Of a stretch of DNA of 64,000 bases, positions 20,371 through 31,177 are shown one piece after another. This DNA is from Bacteroidales bacterium (GTDB taxonomy: Bacteria > Bacteroidota > Bacteroidia > Bacteroidales > UBA12077): contig DMBU01000154.1 of NCBI GenBank assembly GCA_003446015.1, positions 11,336-75,335 on the forward strand. The letters are read 5' to 3'. The position numbers and the translations under genes are program-made. The notes beneath the pieces are model-generated. The model saw nothing but the letters and a program-made list of their open reading frames with translations, was not told the origin of the DNA and made no database searches. The stretch's first letter is position 1; each line of letters starts with the position of its first letter.

Positions 20371-21249
20371 ATGGCGAATTTAAAAGAAATACGTACTCGA
20401 ATTACATCTGTAAAATCTACCAAGCAAATTACAAGTGCTATGAAGATGGTTTCTGCTGCTAAACTTAAAAAAGCTCAGGATGCAGTAATCAATTTGAGAC
20501 CATACGCCGGAAAATTGCACCAAATTCTATTTCATATTAATAAAACCATTGATCAGGAAGAAGAAAATATTTATTGTAGAAATGAGATTCCGGAAAGAAT
20601 ACTTATTGTGTCAATAACATCCAATAAAGGGCTTTGTGGAGCTTTTAATGCAAACGTTATTAAACAAGTTACAACTTTAATAAATGACGATTATAGCAGT
20701 GAAAATAAAGCCGGAAATGTTTCAATTTTCTCAATCGGAAAGAAAGGTTCTGAGTTTTTTCATTCGAAGGGATATCAGTTATTAGGATTTAATAATCATA
20801 TTCTTGACAATCTGAATTTTGAAATAACAGTTCCCATTAGCGAGGATATATTGCGTCGTTATTTGAAAAAGGAGTTTGATAAGGTAATTCTTGTTTATAA
20901 TAAGTTTAAGAATGCAGCCGTTCAAATTTTATCAGTGGTGCAATACTTACCAATAGAAATACCAACAGATTTCAAAACGGATGAAAGCTTCGATTATATT
21001 TTTGAACCAACAAAAGAATATATCGTTAAAGAATTAATTCCAAAATCATTGAAAATACAATTGTATGAGGCTGTTTTGGAATCAGTGGCAGCTGAACATG
21101 GAGCCAGAATGACCGCCATGCACAAAGCAACTGATAATGCAACAGGATTAATCAAAGAATTACAGTTGCATTATAACAAAGCCAGACAAGCAGCAATTAC
21201 AAACGAAATTTTAGAAATTGTTGGTGGTGCAGAAGCCCTTAAAAAATAA
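20371..21249 (+). CDS. atpG: F-type ATP synthase subunit gamma
   Basis: QITSAMKMVSAAK, SNKGLCGAFN, EHGARMTAM, YNKARQAAITNEI. Confidence 0.97.
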   Translation: MANLKEIRTRITSVKSTKQITSAMKMVSAAKLKKAQDAVINLRPYAGKLHQILFHINKTIDQEEENIYCRNEIPERILIVSITSNKGLCGAFNANVIKQVTTLINDDYSSENKAGNVSIFSIGKKGSEFFHSKGYQLLGFNNHILDNLNFEITVPISEDILRRYLKKEFDKVILVYNKFKNAAVQILSVVQYLPIEIPTDFKTDESFDYIFEPTKEYIVKELIPKSLKIQLYEAVLESVAAEHGARMTAMHKATDNATGLIKELQLHYNKARQAAITNEILEIVGGAEALKK

Positions 21250-21280
21250 TAATACAAAGCATTTGTAAAGTAATGACATA

Positions 21281-21309
21281 AAAAAAGCGTCCTTTTTAGG
21301 AACGCTTTT
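21281..21309. terminator. Bidirectional intrinsic terminator between atpG and the C1A peptidase
   Basis: AAAAAAGCGTCCT-TTTT-AGGAACGCTTTT hairpin between convergent genes. Confidence 0.75.
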
Positions 21310-21332
21310 ATAGTTTTACATAGACTGCTTAC

Positions 21333-22184
21333 TTATTCATATACAACGTAAGCTTCACGCCAGTATTTATAAATAATATCATAATCGATCCAGCCAAAAC
21401 CGTCAGTTGCCCAACTTGTTCCCCAGGAGTTCATAAATTTGAAAGCTCCTTTAGCATCGTCATAACCAACACATGCATAGCAATGTCCGCCATAGATTCT
21501 TCCTTTTGCTGTTGTGATTATTTTATCATATCCTAAATACATAAAAGCGCTATAAACACTTCCTGCCACAACAACAATTTTACCGGCAGCTAATTGTGCT
21601 TTAATGGCATCGGCAGTTACAGGAACTGTTGCATATGAACTAATCTTATAATTTGCGGCATTTGCTAATTGGGTTGCGTTTGGATAGGTATCACAATCCT
21701 CATCAGTGTAAGGCATTAAACTCCAGGTACAAGCCCCTTGATCAACAAGAAGATTTAATCCTGTAGTTGTGTAAGATCCAGAACCACAGTCGGAACTAAC
21801 CTTAATTTGATTATAAACATATTCAGGACTAAAAATGTTAGTACTGGTGCTATATGTTCCACCATAAGTATTTTGATAACTGGTGCTTCTTGCGGCATAG
21901 GTTGTACCCCATGCAACACAGGAACCCTCACCACCTTGATCTCCAACAGGAGGAACAACAAGATTAACGGATGTGGGTAATGCTTTTAAACTTACCGACT
22001 CAGCAACAGGAATACTGGTATAAACATCTTCTGGCACAGGCATCCAACCAAAACTGTAAGGTACAAACTCTTCAGATTGCAAAGGATCAATAACATCAGC
22101 ATCTTTCTGACAAGAGTTAATTACAAACATAGTTCCGAAGGCAACAATAAATAAGAATGTTGCACTCATTAAAAATTTTCTCAT
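21333..22184 (-). CDS. Papain-family (C1A) cysteine peptidase, probable lipoprotein
   Basis: Lipobox INSC; DQGGEGSCVAW (Gln/Cys), GGHCY (His), MNSWG (Asn). Confidence 0.9.
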   Translation of the reverse strand: MRKFLMSATFLFIVAFGTMFVINSCQKDADVIDPLQSEEFVPYSFGWMPVPEDVYTSIPVAESVSLKALPTSVNLVVPPVGDQGGEGSCVAWGTTYAARSTSYQNTYGGTYSTSTNIFSPEYVYNQIKVSSDCGSGSYTTTGLNLLVDQGACTWSLMPYTDEDCDTYPNATQLANAANYKISSYATVPVTADAIKAQLAAGKIVVVAGSVYSAFMYLGYDKIITTAKGRIYGGHCYACVGYDDAKGAFKFMNSWGTSWATDGFGWIDYDIIYKYWREAYVVYE

Positions 22185-22532
22185 AAAACATTTAATTTTA
22201 GGTTAATAAATAGTATAAAAAATCAATACAATTAATAATAAAATATTGACTGTTCAAAATGCTTTCCCACAAGAAAAAAAGATGTTAATATCTTAATTAT
22301 AAGGTAGACACGAATTGTTGGTAGGTGTAAAAATTGTTTAAAATCATTATAAATTAAAATCTTATCGACTATCGATAAGTAATTTTATACTAGCACTTTA
22401 GAATGATTTTATGCTTGTATTGTTTATCGATAAAATTAATGGTTAACATAGAAAAATGAATTAAAAATTTAGCACGATAAAAAATGATACTTTTAAAAAA
22501 CATAATTTAGCTGATGCAAAAAATGGGAACAA

Positions 22533-23168
22533 ATGAGTCGGTATATATATGATTTAATTAAACAACAAGAAAACCAGAAGCTGGATTTTAAGCATTCTAT
22601 TGATGATTCAAAGAAAATTGCAAGATCATTGGTTGCTTTTTCAAATACAGACGGGGGAAGACTATTAATTGGAGTGCGCGACAATGGATCAATTGCTGGA
22701 GTAAATGGTGATGAGGAATTCTATATGGTACAGGCTGCCGCTGAACTTTATTGTAAACCAGCAATAAAATTTGAAACAAAAGCATGGACGATTGAAGGGA
22801 AAACAATTTTAGAAATTAGTATCCCTAAACTTTCAGGAGATAAATTAGTAACGGCACCTGATAAAAATGGTTTATATAAAGTTTATATTAGGGTAAATGA
22901 CGAGAACATTATCGTAAACAATATATATCTTAAAGCATGGAATTTAAAAAGATTTGGCAATGGAATTCTTATAAGATATGATGAGCCAGAGAAAACACTA
23001 TTTAAGTATTTACAGGACAATAAAAACATTACATTTTCAAGATTTAAGAAATTGACTAATTTATCAAAATATAAAGCAGAAAAAATAATTGTAAACCTGA
23101 TTGTTTTGGATATTTTAAAGATTGATTTTTCCGAAAATCAGATAAAATATCAACTTTCAAAGCAATAA
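22533..23168 (+). CDS. Schlafen/AlbA_2 domain protein with C-terminal wHTH-like region
   Basis: ENQKLDFK...IARSLVAFSNTDGGRLLIGVRDNG...YIRVNDEN. Confidence 0.85.
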   Translation: MSRYIYDLIKQQENQKLDFKHSIDDSKKIARSLVAFSNTDGGRLLIGVRDNGSIAGVNGDEEFYMVQAAAELYCKPAIKFETKAWTIEGKTILEISIPKLSGDKLVTAPDKNGLYKVYIRVNDENIIVNNIYLKAWNLKRFGNGILIRYDEPEKTLFKYLQDNKNITFSRFKKLTNLSKYKAEKIIVNLIVLDILKIDFSENQIKYQLSKQ

Positions 23169-23292
23169 TATTGATAAATAAAAAACAAAACATGTAACAC
23201 ATTGTTATTAATTGATATATGTATAAAATTTAATTTGAAAATAGTTTTATTATTAAGCACGTTTTTATATTTTTAGAACCGAAAAATAAACT

Positions 23293-23318
23293 ATTAACAA
23301 TTAACAATTAACAATTAA
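23293..23318 (+). repeat. Heptamer tandem repeat (ATTAACA)x3 + ATTAA upstream of the TPR gene
   Basis: Read directly from sequence. Confidence 0.75.
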
Positions 23319-23343
23319 TCCTAATAACTAAAATCTTATTACC

Positions 23344-24315
23344 ATGAAACTGAAAATTATGAGTAGAATAGCTGCAATGATTATAATAATGGGTTTTGCA
23401 GTTACACTTAGTGCTCAAACAGCAACAGATGCTGTTGAAGCATTAAAAACTGGAGTTGCTAAATCGCAGGCTAAAGATTATGTTGGAGCTATTGAATCGT
23501 TTAAAAAATGCATTAGCATTTATGATGAAATTGGAGAATCAGAGAATGAAAACAGAGCTACCGCTGCAACACAAATTCCTAATATGCAATATAAATATGC
23601 ATTAGGTCTTTACAAAGAAAAAAAATATAGTGAATCAATAGCTGCATTCGAAAAACTAGCTGAGTACTCTGAAACCTATAGCGACCCTGAAAATTTGAAA
23701 AAAGCTAAAGGAGTAATTCCCCAGTTGTATTATTTTAAGGGTAAAGATTTAGCTGAAAAAAATAATTATACTGAAGCGATTGAAAATTATAAAACAGCTA
23801 TTGAATTAAAAAGTAATTATTTCGAGCCATATTTCAGATTAGCAGAAATTTATTCGGAACAAGAAAATGATGAGCTTTTTGCTGAAAACGTAAAGAAAGC
23901 AAAAGAAGCAACTTCAAAAGCTGATAACCAAGAAGCTGCTGATGCTCTTGCCGGAAAATATTACAACAATATGGCAGTTAAGTCTTTAACAGCTAAAGAT
24001 TATGGTGCCTCGTTAACTTATTTCAATAACTTAATGGAATATAAAGAAGCAGATTCTGATATTTATCATCAGTTAGCTGTAATTTACAACAACCAATCGA
24101 AATGGGACCAAGCTATTGAAGCTGCTAATAAAGCCTTAGAATTATTCAAAGATGAGGGCTCAACCAAAGACGCTAAAATATATTATGAGCTTGGCAATTC
24201 ATATTATGGTAAAAATGACACTGCAGCTGCCTGTGATGCTTTTTCAAAAGCAGCCAAAGGAGATTATGAAGCCTCAGCAAAATATCAAATGGAACAGGTT
24301 GTTAAATGCCAATAA
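23344..24315 (+). CDS. Exported tetratricopeptide repeat protein
   Basis: Signal peptide; repeated helical TPR units (YTEAIENYKTAIELK, WDQAIEAANKALE, YYELGNSYY). Confidence 0.88.
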   Translation: MKLKIMSRIAAMIIIMGFAVTLSAQTATDAVEALKTGVAKSQAKDYVGAIESFKKCISIYDEIGESENENRATAATQIPNMQYKYALGLYKEKKYSESIAAFEKLAEYSETYSDPENLKKAKGVIPQLYYFKGKDLAEKNNYTEAIENYKTAIELKSNYFEPYFRLAEIYSEQENDELFAENVKKAKEATSKADNQEAADALAGKYYNNMAVKSLTAKDYGASLTYFNNLMEYKEADSDIYHQLAVIYNNQSKWDQAIEAANKALELFKDEGSTKDAKIYYELGNSYYGKNDTAAACDAFSKAAKGDYEASAKYQMEQVVKCQ

Positions 24316-24337
24316 TGACTTAAGAAAATACCAATAG

Positions 24338-24372
24338 AAACAGGAAGAATAATTATGCTTCCTGTTTTTTTA
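24338..24372 (+). terminator. Intrinsic terminator after the TPR gene (convergent with the sensor array)
   Basis: AAACAGGAAG/CTTCCTGTTT stem plus T tract. Confidence 0.8.
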
Positions 24373-24406
24373 TTGATTTATTATAATGCTTGCTTGAATT
24401 TATCTC

Positions 24407-26443
24407 TTATTTAGCCTTTCTTTTTAATTCTTCAATGGTTTTTTTAAGTTTATCTTCCTCTTCTTTCATTTCATCTATAATATCTTTTAAATGGTCTTCT
24501 TTTCGTTTCATTTCTTCTTGCGTGCTTTGTAATTCTTCCATGTTTTGACGCATTTCTTCTTCCTGTGCAGCCATTTCCTCCGCTTGCTGCTGAGAACGTT
24601 CTAATAATTCTGAAGTTCTGATATTAATTCTAACTGAAGAAATTGTTGAGGCAATACTCTCTGCCAGTTTTTCAACAAATGTGATCTCAAAATCCTGAAA
24701 TACTTTAAAAGATGCAATCTCAATAACACCCAGAACATTTTCTTCAATTTTCAATGGCACAATTAATAAACTATTAGGGTTCGCTCCACCTAAACCTGAT
24801 GTGATTTCCAAGTAGTCATGGGGGATATCAGTCATGAAAATAGTTTTCTTTTCAATTCCACAATTTCCGACAAGTCCCTCGCCAAGCTCAATTTGTTTAT
24901 TCATAAATTTTCTTCTGTCGTATGCATATGCAGAAAGAAGGTCAAAATGGATGTTGTTTTTATCTTCATCATTTAAAATAAAAACCCCGCCTTGATTTGC
25001 ATGAAGGTAATCAACAAGGTTTATAATGATTTCAGTGGCAAGTTTCTCAAGATTATCATTATTCTGTCGTAAAATATCGGCAAATTTTGCCAAACCTTCA
25101 TTCGCCCATCGTCGTTTTTCGTCTTCAATTTTTCGTTTTTCTTCCTCTTCATCAGCCTTTACAAGGCTATTTCTCATTTCTATTAATGATTTTCCTAATA
25201 CATCATCAGTACCTAAAAGCTCGAAATTGTGATCTAACTCACCTTGCCCGATTCGATTTGCAAATTCAACTTTCTTATTTAATCCTTCAATTGAACTATT
25301 TAGTGCTATTGTCATTTCTTCAATTTCATCTCCTGTTTCAATTTTAATTTTCATTTTATCATCGACATGGCCTTTAGCAAGCAGTTTCAACAGTTCTGTA
25401 ATTTTAGTAAGTGGATTCGTAATGTTTCTGCTTATAATAGCGATAACCAAAACCATAAGTATTATACCAAGCAAACCAACGACCAGCGATATTTTAAAGT
25501 TTTTATTTGCTTCTTCCATAATTGTGCTTACCGGAACTGAAATCGCAATTGACCAGGGGGTATTTGTTTTCCCAACAAAAATAGGAGCATATGACACATA
25601 ATTTTTTACTCCATTTTCGTCCTGGCTAATATAATTTAATGGCTTACCATCAATAATGTTTTGAGTTATTTTGTACTTTTTGTTATCCTCAGGAAATATT
25701 TCCCCAATTTTCTTGTTTAGAAACTCTTTATTTGGATGACCTGAAATTAAACCTCCGTGTGAAATAAGAAAAGCATAACTTCCTTTAAATGGACGAATAG
25801 CATCGACCATTTCCTGGAATTGCAATAAAGTAATATCGAAAGCAACAACAGCAACAAATTTTCCATTATCAACAACAGGAGCTTTTAAACTAGTCATTAA
25901 TAAAGATTCTCTTGATCCATCTGAAACTACATCAAAGTAGGGTTCATTAATTGATGGAATTAACACGGTTTTAGTCAAAGCATAAATTGGTGAATCACCA
26001 TCTAAACTTCTTAATTCGGTTTGTTCTTTAATGGTATTGTTTTCTCGCCAAAAGGTATGTGAAATTCTTCCAAAAGGCTGTTTCCACTCCGGATCAATTT
26101 TGCTTAGTTCCCAACTTGACCAAAGGGCATAAACACCTTCATTTTCTTTAAACACATTGTAATACATTTTATGAACAATGCTTTGCCATTCATCTTTAGA
26201 AAAATCTTTGTACACTTTAAAAGCATCAGTTAAAGAAACTAATGCTGCAAGATCAGCATCAAGACCTGCCTTTATATCTTTAGCAATTTCATTTACATAT
26301 CTGTCGGTAACCTCAATGGAATCATTATAGGCCATTTTTCTGGCTTTAAAACTAATATATCCCACAGCAGCAACATATATTATAATCGATGCAGAGATAA
26401 TAAAGAGTTGTATTTTTTGCTGTATTTTAAGTTTAATTTTCAT
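24407..26443 (-). CDS. Membrane sensor, dCache-HAMP-GAF-coiled coil, no PAS and no output domain (paralog 4)
   Basis: Two TMs around a dCache-like region (EPYFD, LMTS, YAFLIS..G...GHP, PWSIAISVP), HAMP (ITNPL...GDEIEEM), GAF (ANQGG, GEGLVG, LLIVPLK, GVIEIASF), EEMAAQEEEMRQNMEEL helix. Confidence 0.8.
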   Translation of the reverse strand: MKIKLKIQQKIQLFIISASIIIYVAAVGYISFKARKMAYNDSIEVTDRYVNEIAKDIKAGLDADLAALVSLTDAFKVYKDFSKDEWQSIVHKMYYNVFKENEGVYALWSSWELSKIDPEWKQPFGRISHTFWRENNTIKEQTELRSLDGDSPIYALTKTVLIPSINEPYFDVVSDGSRESLLMTSLKAPVVDNGKFVAVVAFDITLLQFQEMVDAIRPFKGSYAFLISHGGLISGHPNKEFLNKKIGEIFPEDNKKYKITQNIIDGKPLNYISQDENGVKNYVSYAPIFVGKTNTPWSIAISVPVSTIMEEANKNFKISLVVGLLGIILMVLVIAIISRNITNPLTKITELLKLLAKGHVDDKMKIKIETGDEIEEMTIALNSSIEGLNKKVEFANRIGQGELDHNFELLGTDDVLGKSLIEMRNSLVKADEEEEKRKIEDEKRRWANEGLAKFADILRQNNDNLEKLATEIIINLVDYLHANQGGVFILNDEDKNNIHFDLLSAYAYDRRKFMNKQIELGEGLVGNCGIEKKTIFMTDIPHDYLEITSGLGGANPNSLLIVPLKIEENVLGVIEIASFKVFQDFEITFVEKLAESIASTISSVRINIRTSELLERSQQQAEEMAAQEEEMRQNMEELQSTQEEMKRKEDHLKDIIDEMKEEEDKLKKTIEELKRKAK

Positions 26444-26473
26444 AGTCCTTTAAAGTCTTTATTCATATTTTAT

Positions 26474-28783
26474 TTAATGCTGATTTTGAAAATCAGTAAT
26501 ATTATTTGAAATTTTAAGTATTTTATAAACTTCACCGTCAGTATTTCTAATAGGGGTATAAGTCTCAGCAAAAATCAGTTGTCTGTTGTTGATTTTTACT
26601 TTGGTAGTTTCCTTTTGAACTTTCCCTGACCTTAATTCTCTCCAGAATTTTTCATATGCCGTTTTTTGTTGTTCGCTAAATTCTATATTTCCAGAATGAT
26701 GTGTTCCAATAACTTCATCTTTAGATAATCCAAGTAAGGATAAATAATTGTCGTTTACACTTTGAATTATTCCGTCTAAATTGTATTCAATTACATAACT
26801 TGAAATGTTAAGAGCCTCAACAAGGCCTTCCATTTCGGAACTTTTTCTTGAAGACTCTTCTTGGGTGGCTTGTAATTCTTCCATGTTCTGGCGCATTTCT
26901 TCTTCCTGTGCAGCCATTTCTTCTGCTTGTTGCTGAGAGCGTTCCAATAATTCAGAAGTTCGAATATTTATCCGTACCGCTGATAGTGTTGATGCAATAC
27001 TTTCACCTAATTTTTCCACAAACTCTATTTCATGTTTTTCAAAAACATTAAACGAAGCTATTTCCAATACTCCTAAAACGTCCTCTTCAAGTTTTAAAGG
27101 TACAATAAGTAAACTTTTAGGACTTGCTCCACCTAAACCTGAGGTTATTTCCATATAATCCTCAGGGATATCTGTCATGAAAATAGTTTTCTTTTCAATT
27201 CCGCAGATACCAACTAATCCTTCACCAATCAGGATTTGTTTTTTCAAATATTTTCTTCGGTCGTATGCAAAAGCTGATAAAAGATTGAAATAGATATTGT
27301 CCTTGTCATCATCGTTTAAAATAAATAATCCTCCCTGATTTGCTTTTAAATAATTAACCAGACCCATTATTATTTCAGTTGCCAGGTTTTCAAGATTATC
27401 GTTATTTTGACGTAAAACATCAGCAAATTGAGCTAATCCTTCATTAGCCCATCTTCTCTTTTCGTCTTCAACTTTACGTTTTTCTTCTTCTTCATCTGCT
27501 TTAATTAAGCTGGTTCTCATTTCTATTAAGGATTTTCCCAACACATCATCATCGCTTAAAAGCTCGAAAGAGTGATTTAATTCCCCTTGTCCAATATGAT
27601 TTGCAAAATCAACTTTTTTATTTAATCCATCAATTGAACTATTAAGAGCCTCAGTCATTTCTTCAATTTCGTCGCCGGTTTTAATTTTAATTCTCATTTT
27701 ATCATCAATATGACCTTTGGCAAGATTTTTAAGGAGAGCGGTAATTTTTGTCAAAGGATTTGTAATATTTCGACTTATAAATGCAATTACCAGAGCCATG
27801 AGGAGGATTCCGAAAACACCAACAATTAGTGATATTCGGAAGTTTCTGTTGGCTTTAGCCATTATTGTATCAACGGGCACAGAAATAGCTATTGACCATG
27901 GAGTAGTTGTTTCACCAACCTGAATAGGAGCATATGATATATAATTTTGAACACCGTCAGTTTCACTTATATAGCTTAAAGGCTTACCTTCACGAATGTT
28001 TTGAACAATATTATGTTTTAAGTTATCGTCTGGGAAAACATCTTCAATTTTAACATTTAGCAATTCTTTGTCGGGATGACCAGCTATTAGGCCTCCGTTT
28101 GAAATTAAAAATGCATAGCTTCCATCAAAGGGTTTTATTTCTTCAACAAGTTCCTGAAGCCGGTCAAGGGTTATGTCAACTGCAACAATTCCTATATATT
28201 CACCATCTTCAATAATAGGTGCATTTAAACTGGTCATTAGGAATTTTTCAGCTTTATCTTCTGTAAAAACATCTTCGTATGGTTCCCAAATAGAGGGGAC
28301 TCTTCGGGTTTTAATTTCGGCATATAAAACAGGATCGCCATCCATGCTTCTAAATTCGAAATTATGTTTAATAACCCCATTTTCTCTCCAGTAAATAATT
28401 ACAAATCTACCTGTAGGTTTGTTCCAGGTAGAATCAATTGCATTTAATTCCCAGCTATCCCAAAGGCTATAAATATGAGGATTGTTTATAAAAACTTCAT
28501 AATACATTTTTGAGAATAAATCCTGCCATTGTTCATTAGGTAAGTATTTGTGAGTATGAAAAGCATCGGCAAGAGTTTTTACTAGGGTAAGGTCAGCATC
28601 TAACTTTGCCTTAACATCCTTGGCTGCTTCATGTGCATGTCGGTTAGTTACTTCTGTTGCATCGCTATAAGCCATTTTGCGTGCATTTAAACTAATATAA
28701 CCAACGGCTATTATATAAATTACAATTGATGCTGAAATAATAAACAATTGTATTTTTTGCTGGATTTTAAGTTTGATTTTCAT
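26474..28783 (-). CDS. Membrane sensor, dCache-HAMP-GAF-coiled coil-PAS (paralog 3)
   Basis: Same motifs plus C-terminal PAS (IEYNLDGIIQSVNDNYL...FWREL...ETYTPI). Confidence 0.8.
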   Translation of the reverse strand: MKIKLKIQQKIQLFIISASIVIYIIAVGYISLNARKMAYSDATEVTNRHAHEAAKDVKAKLDADLTLVKTLADAFHTHKYLPNEQWQDLFSKMYYEVFINNPHIYSLWDSWELNAIDSTWNKPTGRFVIIYWRENGVIKHNFEFRSMDGDPVLYAEIKTRRVPSIWEPYEDVFTEDKAEKFLMTSLNAPIIEDGEYIGIVAVDITLDRLQELVEEIKPFDGSYAFLISNGGLIAGHPDKELLNVKIEDVFPDDNLKHNIVQNIREGKPLSYISETDGVQNYISYAPIQVGETTTPWSIAISVPVDTIMAKANRNFRISLIVGVFGILLMALVIAFISRNITNPLTKITALLKNLAKGHIDDKMRIKIKTGDEIEEMTEALNSSIDGLNKKVDFANHIGQGELNHSFELLSDDDVLGKSLIEMRTSLIKADEEEEKRKVEDEKRRWANEGLAQFADVLRQNNDNLENLATEIIMGLVNYLKANQGGLFILNDDDKDNIYFNLLSAFAYDRRKYLKKQILIGEGLVGICGIEKKTIFMTDIPEDYMEITSGLGGASPKSLLIVPLKLEEDVLGVLEIASFNVFEKHEIEFVEKLGESIASTLSAVRINIRTSELLERSQQQAEEMAAQEEEMRQNMEELQATQEESSRKSSEMEGLVEALNISSYVIEYNLDGIIQSVNDNYLSLLGLSKDEVIGTHHSGNIEFSEQQKTAYEKFWRELRSGKVQKETTKVKINNRQLIFAETYTPIRNTDGEVYKILKISNNITDFQNQH

Positions 28784-28794
28784 GAAATTCTGTT

Positions 28795-31107
28795 TTATAA
28801 TTCTTCAAAATCACTTATGTTGTTTGCTATTTTCAAGATTTTTTTAACTGTTCCATTTTCGTCCAGAATTGGAGTATAAACTTCAACGAATACAATTTCT
28901 TTACCATCAATAATAAATTTCGTTTTTTCTTTTTTTGTTATCCCATTTTTTAAGTCACGCCAGAATTTATCATATTCTGTTTTTTGTTTTTTTGTAAATT
29001 CCATTTTGTCAGAATGATGCGATCCCAGAACTTCTGCCCGTCTTAAATTGAGTAGGTTCAGGTAATTGTCGTTTACTTTGATAATAAAACCTTCAGGGCT
29101 GTACTCAACAATATTACTCGATTTTTCAAGTGCATACAGAAAACTTTCCATTTCGGCATTTTTTCTTCCTGCTTCTTCTTGTGTGGCCTGAAGCTCTTCC
29201 ATGTTTTGACGCATTTCTTCTTCCTGTGCAGCCATCTCTTCTGATTGTTGCTGAAATTTCTCTAATAATTCATTGGTTTGAATACTTATTCTAACAGACG
29301 ATAAGGTGGAGGCAATATTTTCAGCTACTTTTTCTACAAATTCAATATGATATTTTTCAAATTTATTAAATGATGCAATTTCTAAAACTCCATAAACCTT
29401 ATTTTCCATTTTAAGAGGAACCACTAATAATGCGTTTGGATTTGCTCCTCCTAATCCTGAAATGATTGAAATATAGTCTTCTGGCAGATCTTCAATGTAA
29501 GTAGTTTCTTTTTCAATTGCCACAGAACCAACAATTCCATCACCATATTCAATACGTTTTTCCAAATGTTTTTTTCTATCAAAAGCAAAAGCTGAAATTA
29601 ATTCAAGGAAAACATTGTTTTTATCATCATCATTTAAAAGGAACAATCCTCCCTGATTTGCTTCCAGATAGTACACCAGATTCTTAATTATTTCATTTGA
29701 AAGATTTTGAAGATTGTCGTTATTTTGTCGGAGGATATCTGCAAACTTTGCTAATCCTTCATTTGCCCATCGGCGTTTCTGATCTTCAAGTTTTCTTTCC
29801 TGCTCTTCTTCCTGTGCTCTTTTAAGGCTGTTTCTCATATCAACAAGGGCTTTCCCAAGTTTGTCCTCATCGCTTAACAGATTAAACTCAAAACCAAGAT
29901 CGCCTGATCCAATATGGTTAGCAAATTCGGTCTTTAATCTTAGTCCTTCTGCGGAAGTTATTAATGCTTTTGTCATTTCTTCAATTTCATCTCCTGATTT
30001 AACATTTAAATCAAGTTTATTATCGGTCTTCCCTTGAGCGAGTTCTTTTAAAAAGTCAGTTATTTTTTGAATAGGTTCAGTAATGTTTTTAGTAATAATA
30101 TAGATTACAAAGCTTAACAGCAAAATACCAACAAACCCCACAATTAAAGAAATCATAAAATTTCTGTCGGCCTGTGCCATGATAGAATTAATAGGCACAG
30201 ATACTCCAAGAAACCAGGGAGTGCTGGTTCTTCCAATATGAATAGGAGCGAAAGTAATATAATGAGTTTTGTAAAGGCTATCAAGAGCAAGGAAATGAAA
30301 ACCCTCACCTTTTTTTATTTTTTTAAATAAATCAAGTTCAGAATTATCTTTTAATTTAAATTCTGCAACCTGATCTAAAAGTTTCGTTTCAGGATGTCCG
30401 GCATATTTTCCTTCTTCAGTAATTAAAAAGGCATAACTCCCGGGAAACTGTGATAAATTAACGCTTTCGACCATTTTTTGGAATCTCTCAAGGATAAGAT
30501 CAACACCTACCATTCCATGGTATTCTCCATCAATTAAAACAGGTGTTACAAGACTTGTCATTAGTTTAGATGTTTCACCGGCATCGGTAAAAACATCAAA
30601 ATAGATTGGCAAAACCATTTCCTTTGCCTGAGCTTTTATGTTGGCATAAACAGCAGGGTCGCCATCTAGGCTTCGAATATCTTGCTTTTGAAATATGGCC
30701 CCATTAACACGTGAAAAAACATTGGCGATACGTCCGGTAGGATTTGTCCATGTTTCATCAATTTTGTTTAGTTCCCAACTGTCCCATAGTTTGTAAAAGA
30801 TTGGATTGTCGCGATAGATTTTGTCGTACATTTTAATAAACAATGGATCCCATTGTTCTCTTGGCATATCTTTATATACTTTAAATGCAGTTGCCAGAGT
30901 TCTTACAACGGCCATATATTCATTTAGATCTGTCTGTATTTTTAATGCAAATTTTTCAGCATTTGAATTAACCAGTTCTACAGAATCGTTGTACGCGGTT
31001 TTTTTGGCATTTACGCTTATATATCCTATAGCAACTGCATAAATAGCAACGGAAAGGGAGATTAAAAACAGTTGCATTTTGTTTCTCAAACTTAGTTTAA
31101 GTTTCAT
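28795..31107 (-). CDS. Membrane sensor, dCache-HAMP-GAF-coiled coil-PAS (paralog 2)
   Basis: Same architecture; PAS VEYSPEGFIIKVNDNYL...FWRDL...YTPI. Confidence 0.8.
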   Translation of the reverse strand: MKLKLSLRNKMQLFLISLSVAIYAVAIGYISVNAKKTAYNDSVELVNSNAEKFALKIQTDLNEYMAVVRTLATAFKVYKDMPREQWDPLFIKMYDKIYRDNPIFYKLWDSWELNKIDETWTNPTGRIANVFSRVNGAIFQKQDIRSLDGDPAVYANIKAQAKEMVLPIYFDVFTDAGETSKLMTSLVTPVLIDGEYHGMVGVDLILERFQKMVESVNLSQFPGSYAFLITEEGKYAGHPETKLLDQVAEFKLKDNSELDLFKKIKKGEGFHFLALDSLYKTHYITFAPIHIGRTSTPWFLGVSVPINSIMAQADRNFMISLIVGFVGILLLSFVIYIITKNITEPIQKITDFLKELAQGKTDNKLDLNVKSGDEIEEMTKALITSAEGLRLKTEFANHIGSGDLGFEFNLLSDEDKLGKALVDMRNSLKRAQEEEQERKLEDQKRRWANEGLAKFADILRQNNDNLQNLSNEIIKNLVYYLEANQGGLFLLNDDDKNNVFLELISAFAFDRKKHLEKRIEYGDGIVGSVAIEKETTYIEDLPEDYISIISGLGGANPNALLVVPLKMENKVYGVLEIASFNKFEKYHIEFVEKVAENIASTLSSVRISIQTNELLEKFQQQSEEMAAQEEEMRQNMEELQATQEEAGRKNAEMESFLYALEKSSNIVEYSPEGFIIKVNDNYLNLLNLRRAEVLGSHHSDKMEFTKKQKTEYDKFWRDLKNGITKKEKTKFIIDGKEIVFVEVYTPILDENGTVKKILKIANNISDFEEL

Positions 31108-31177
31108 ACCGGACGATATTTTATTTTAATTATTTATGAAAAACAGTTTATATACTTACGAAAACTTTGTAAAAGTG

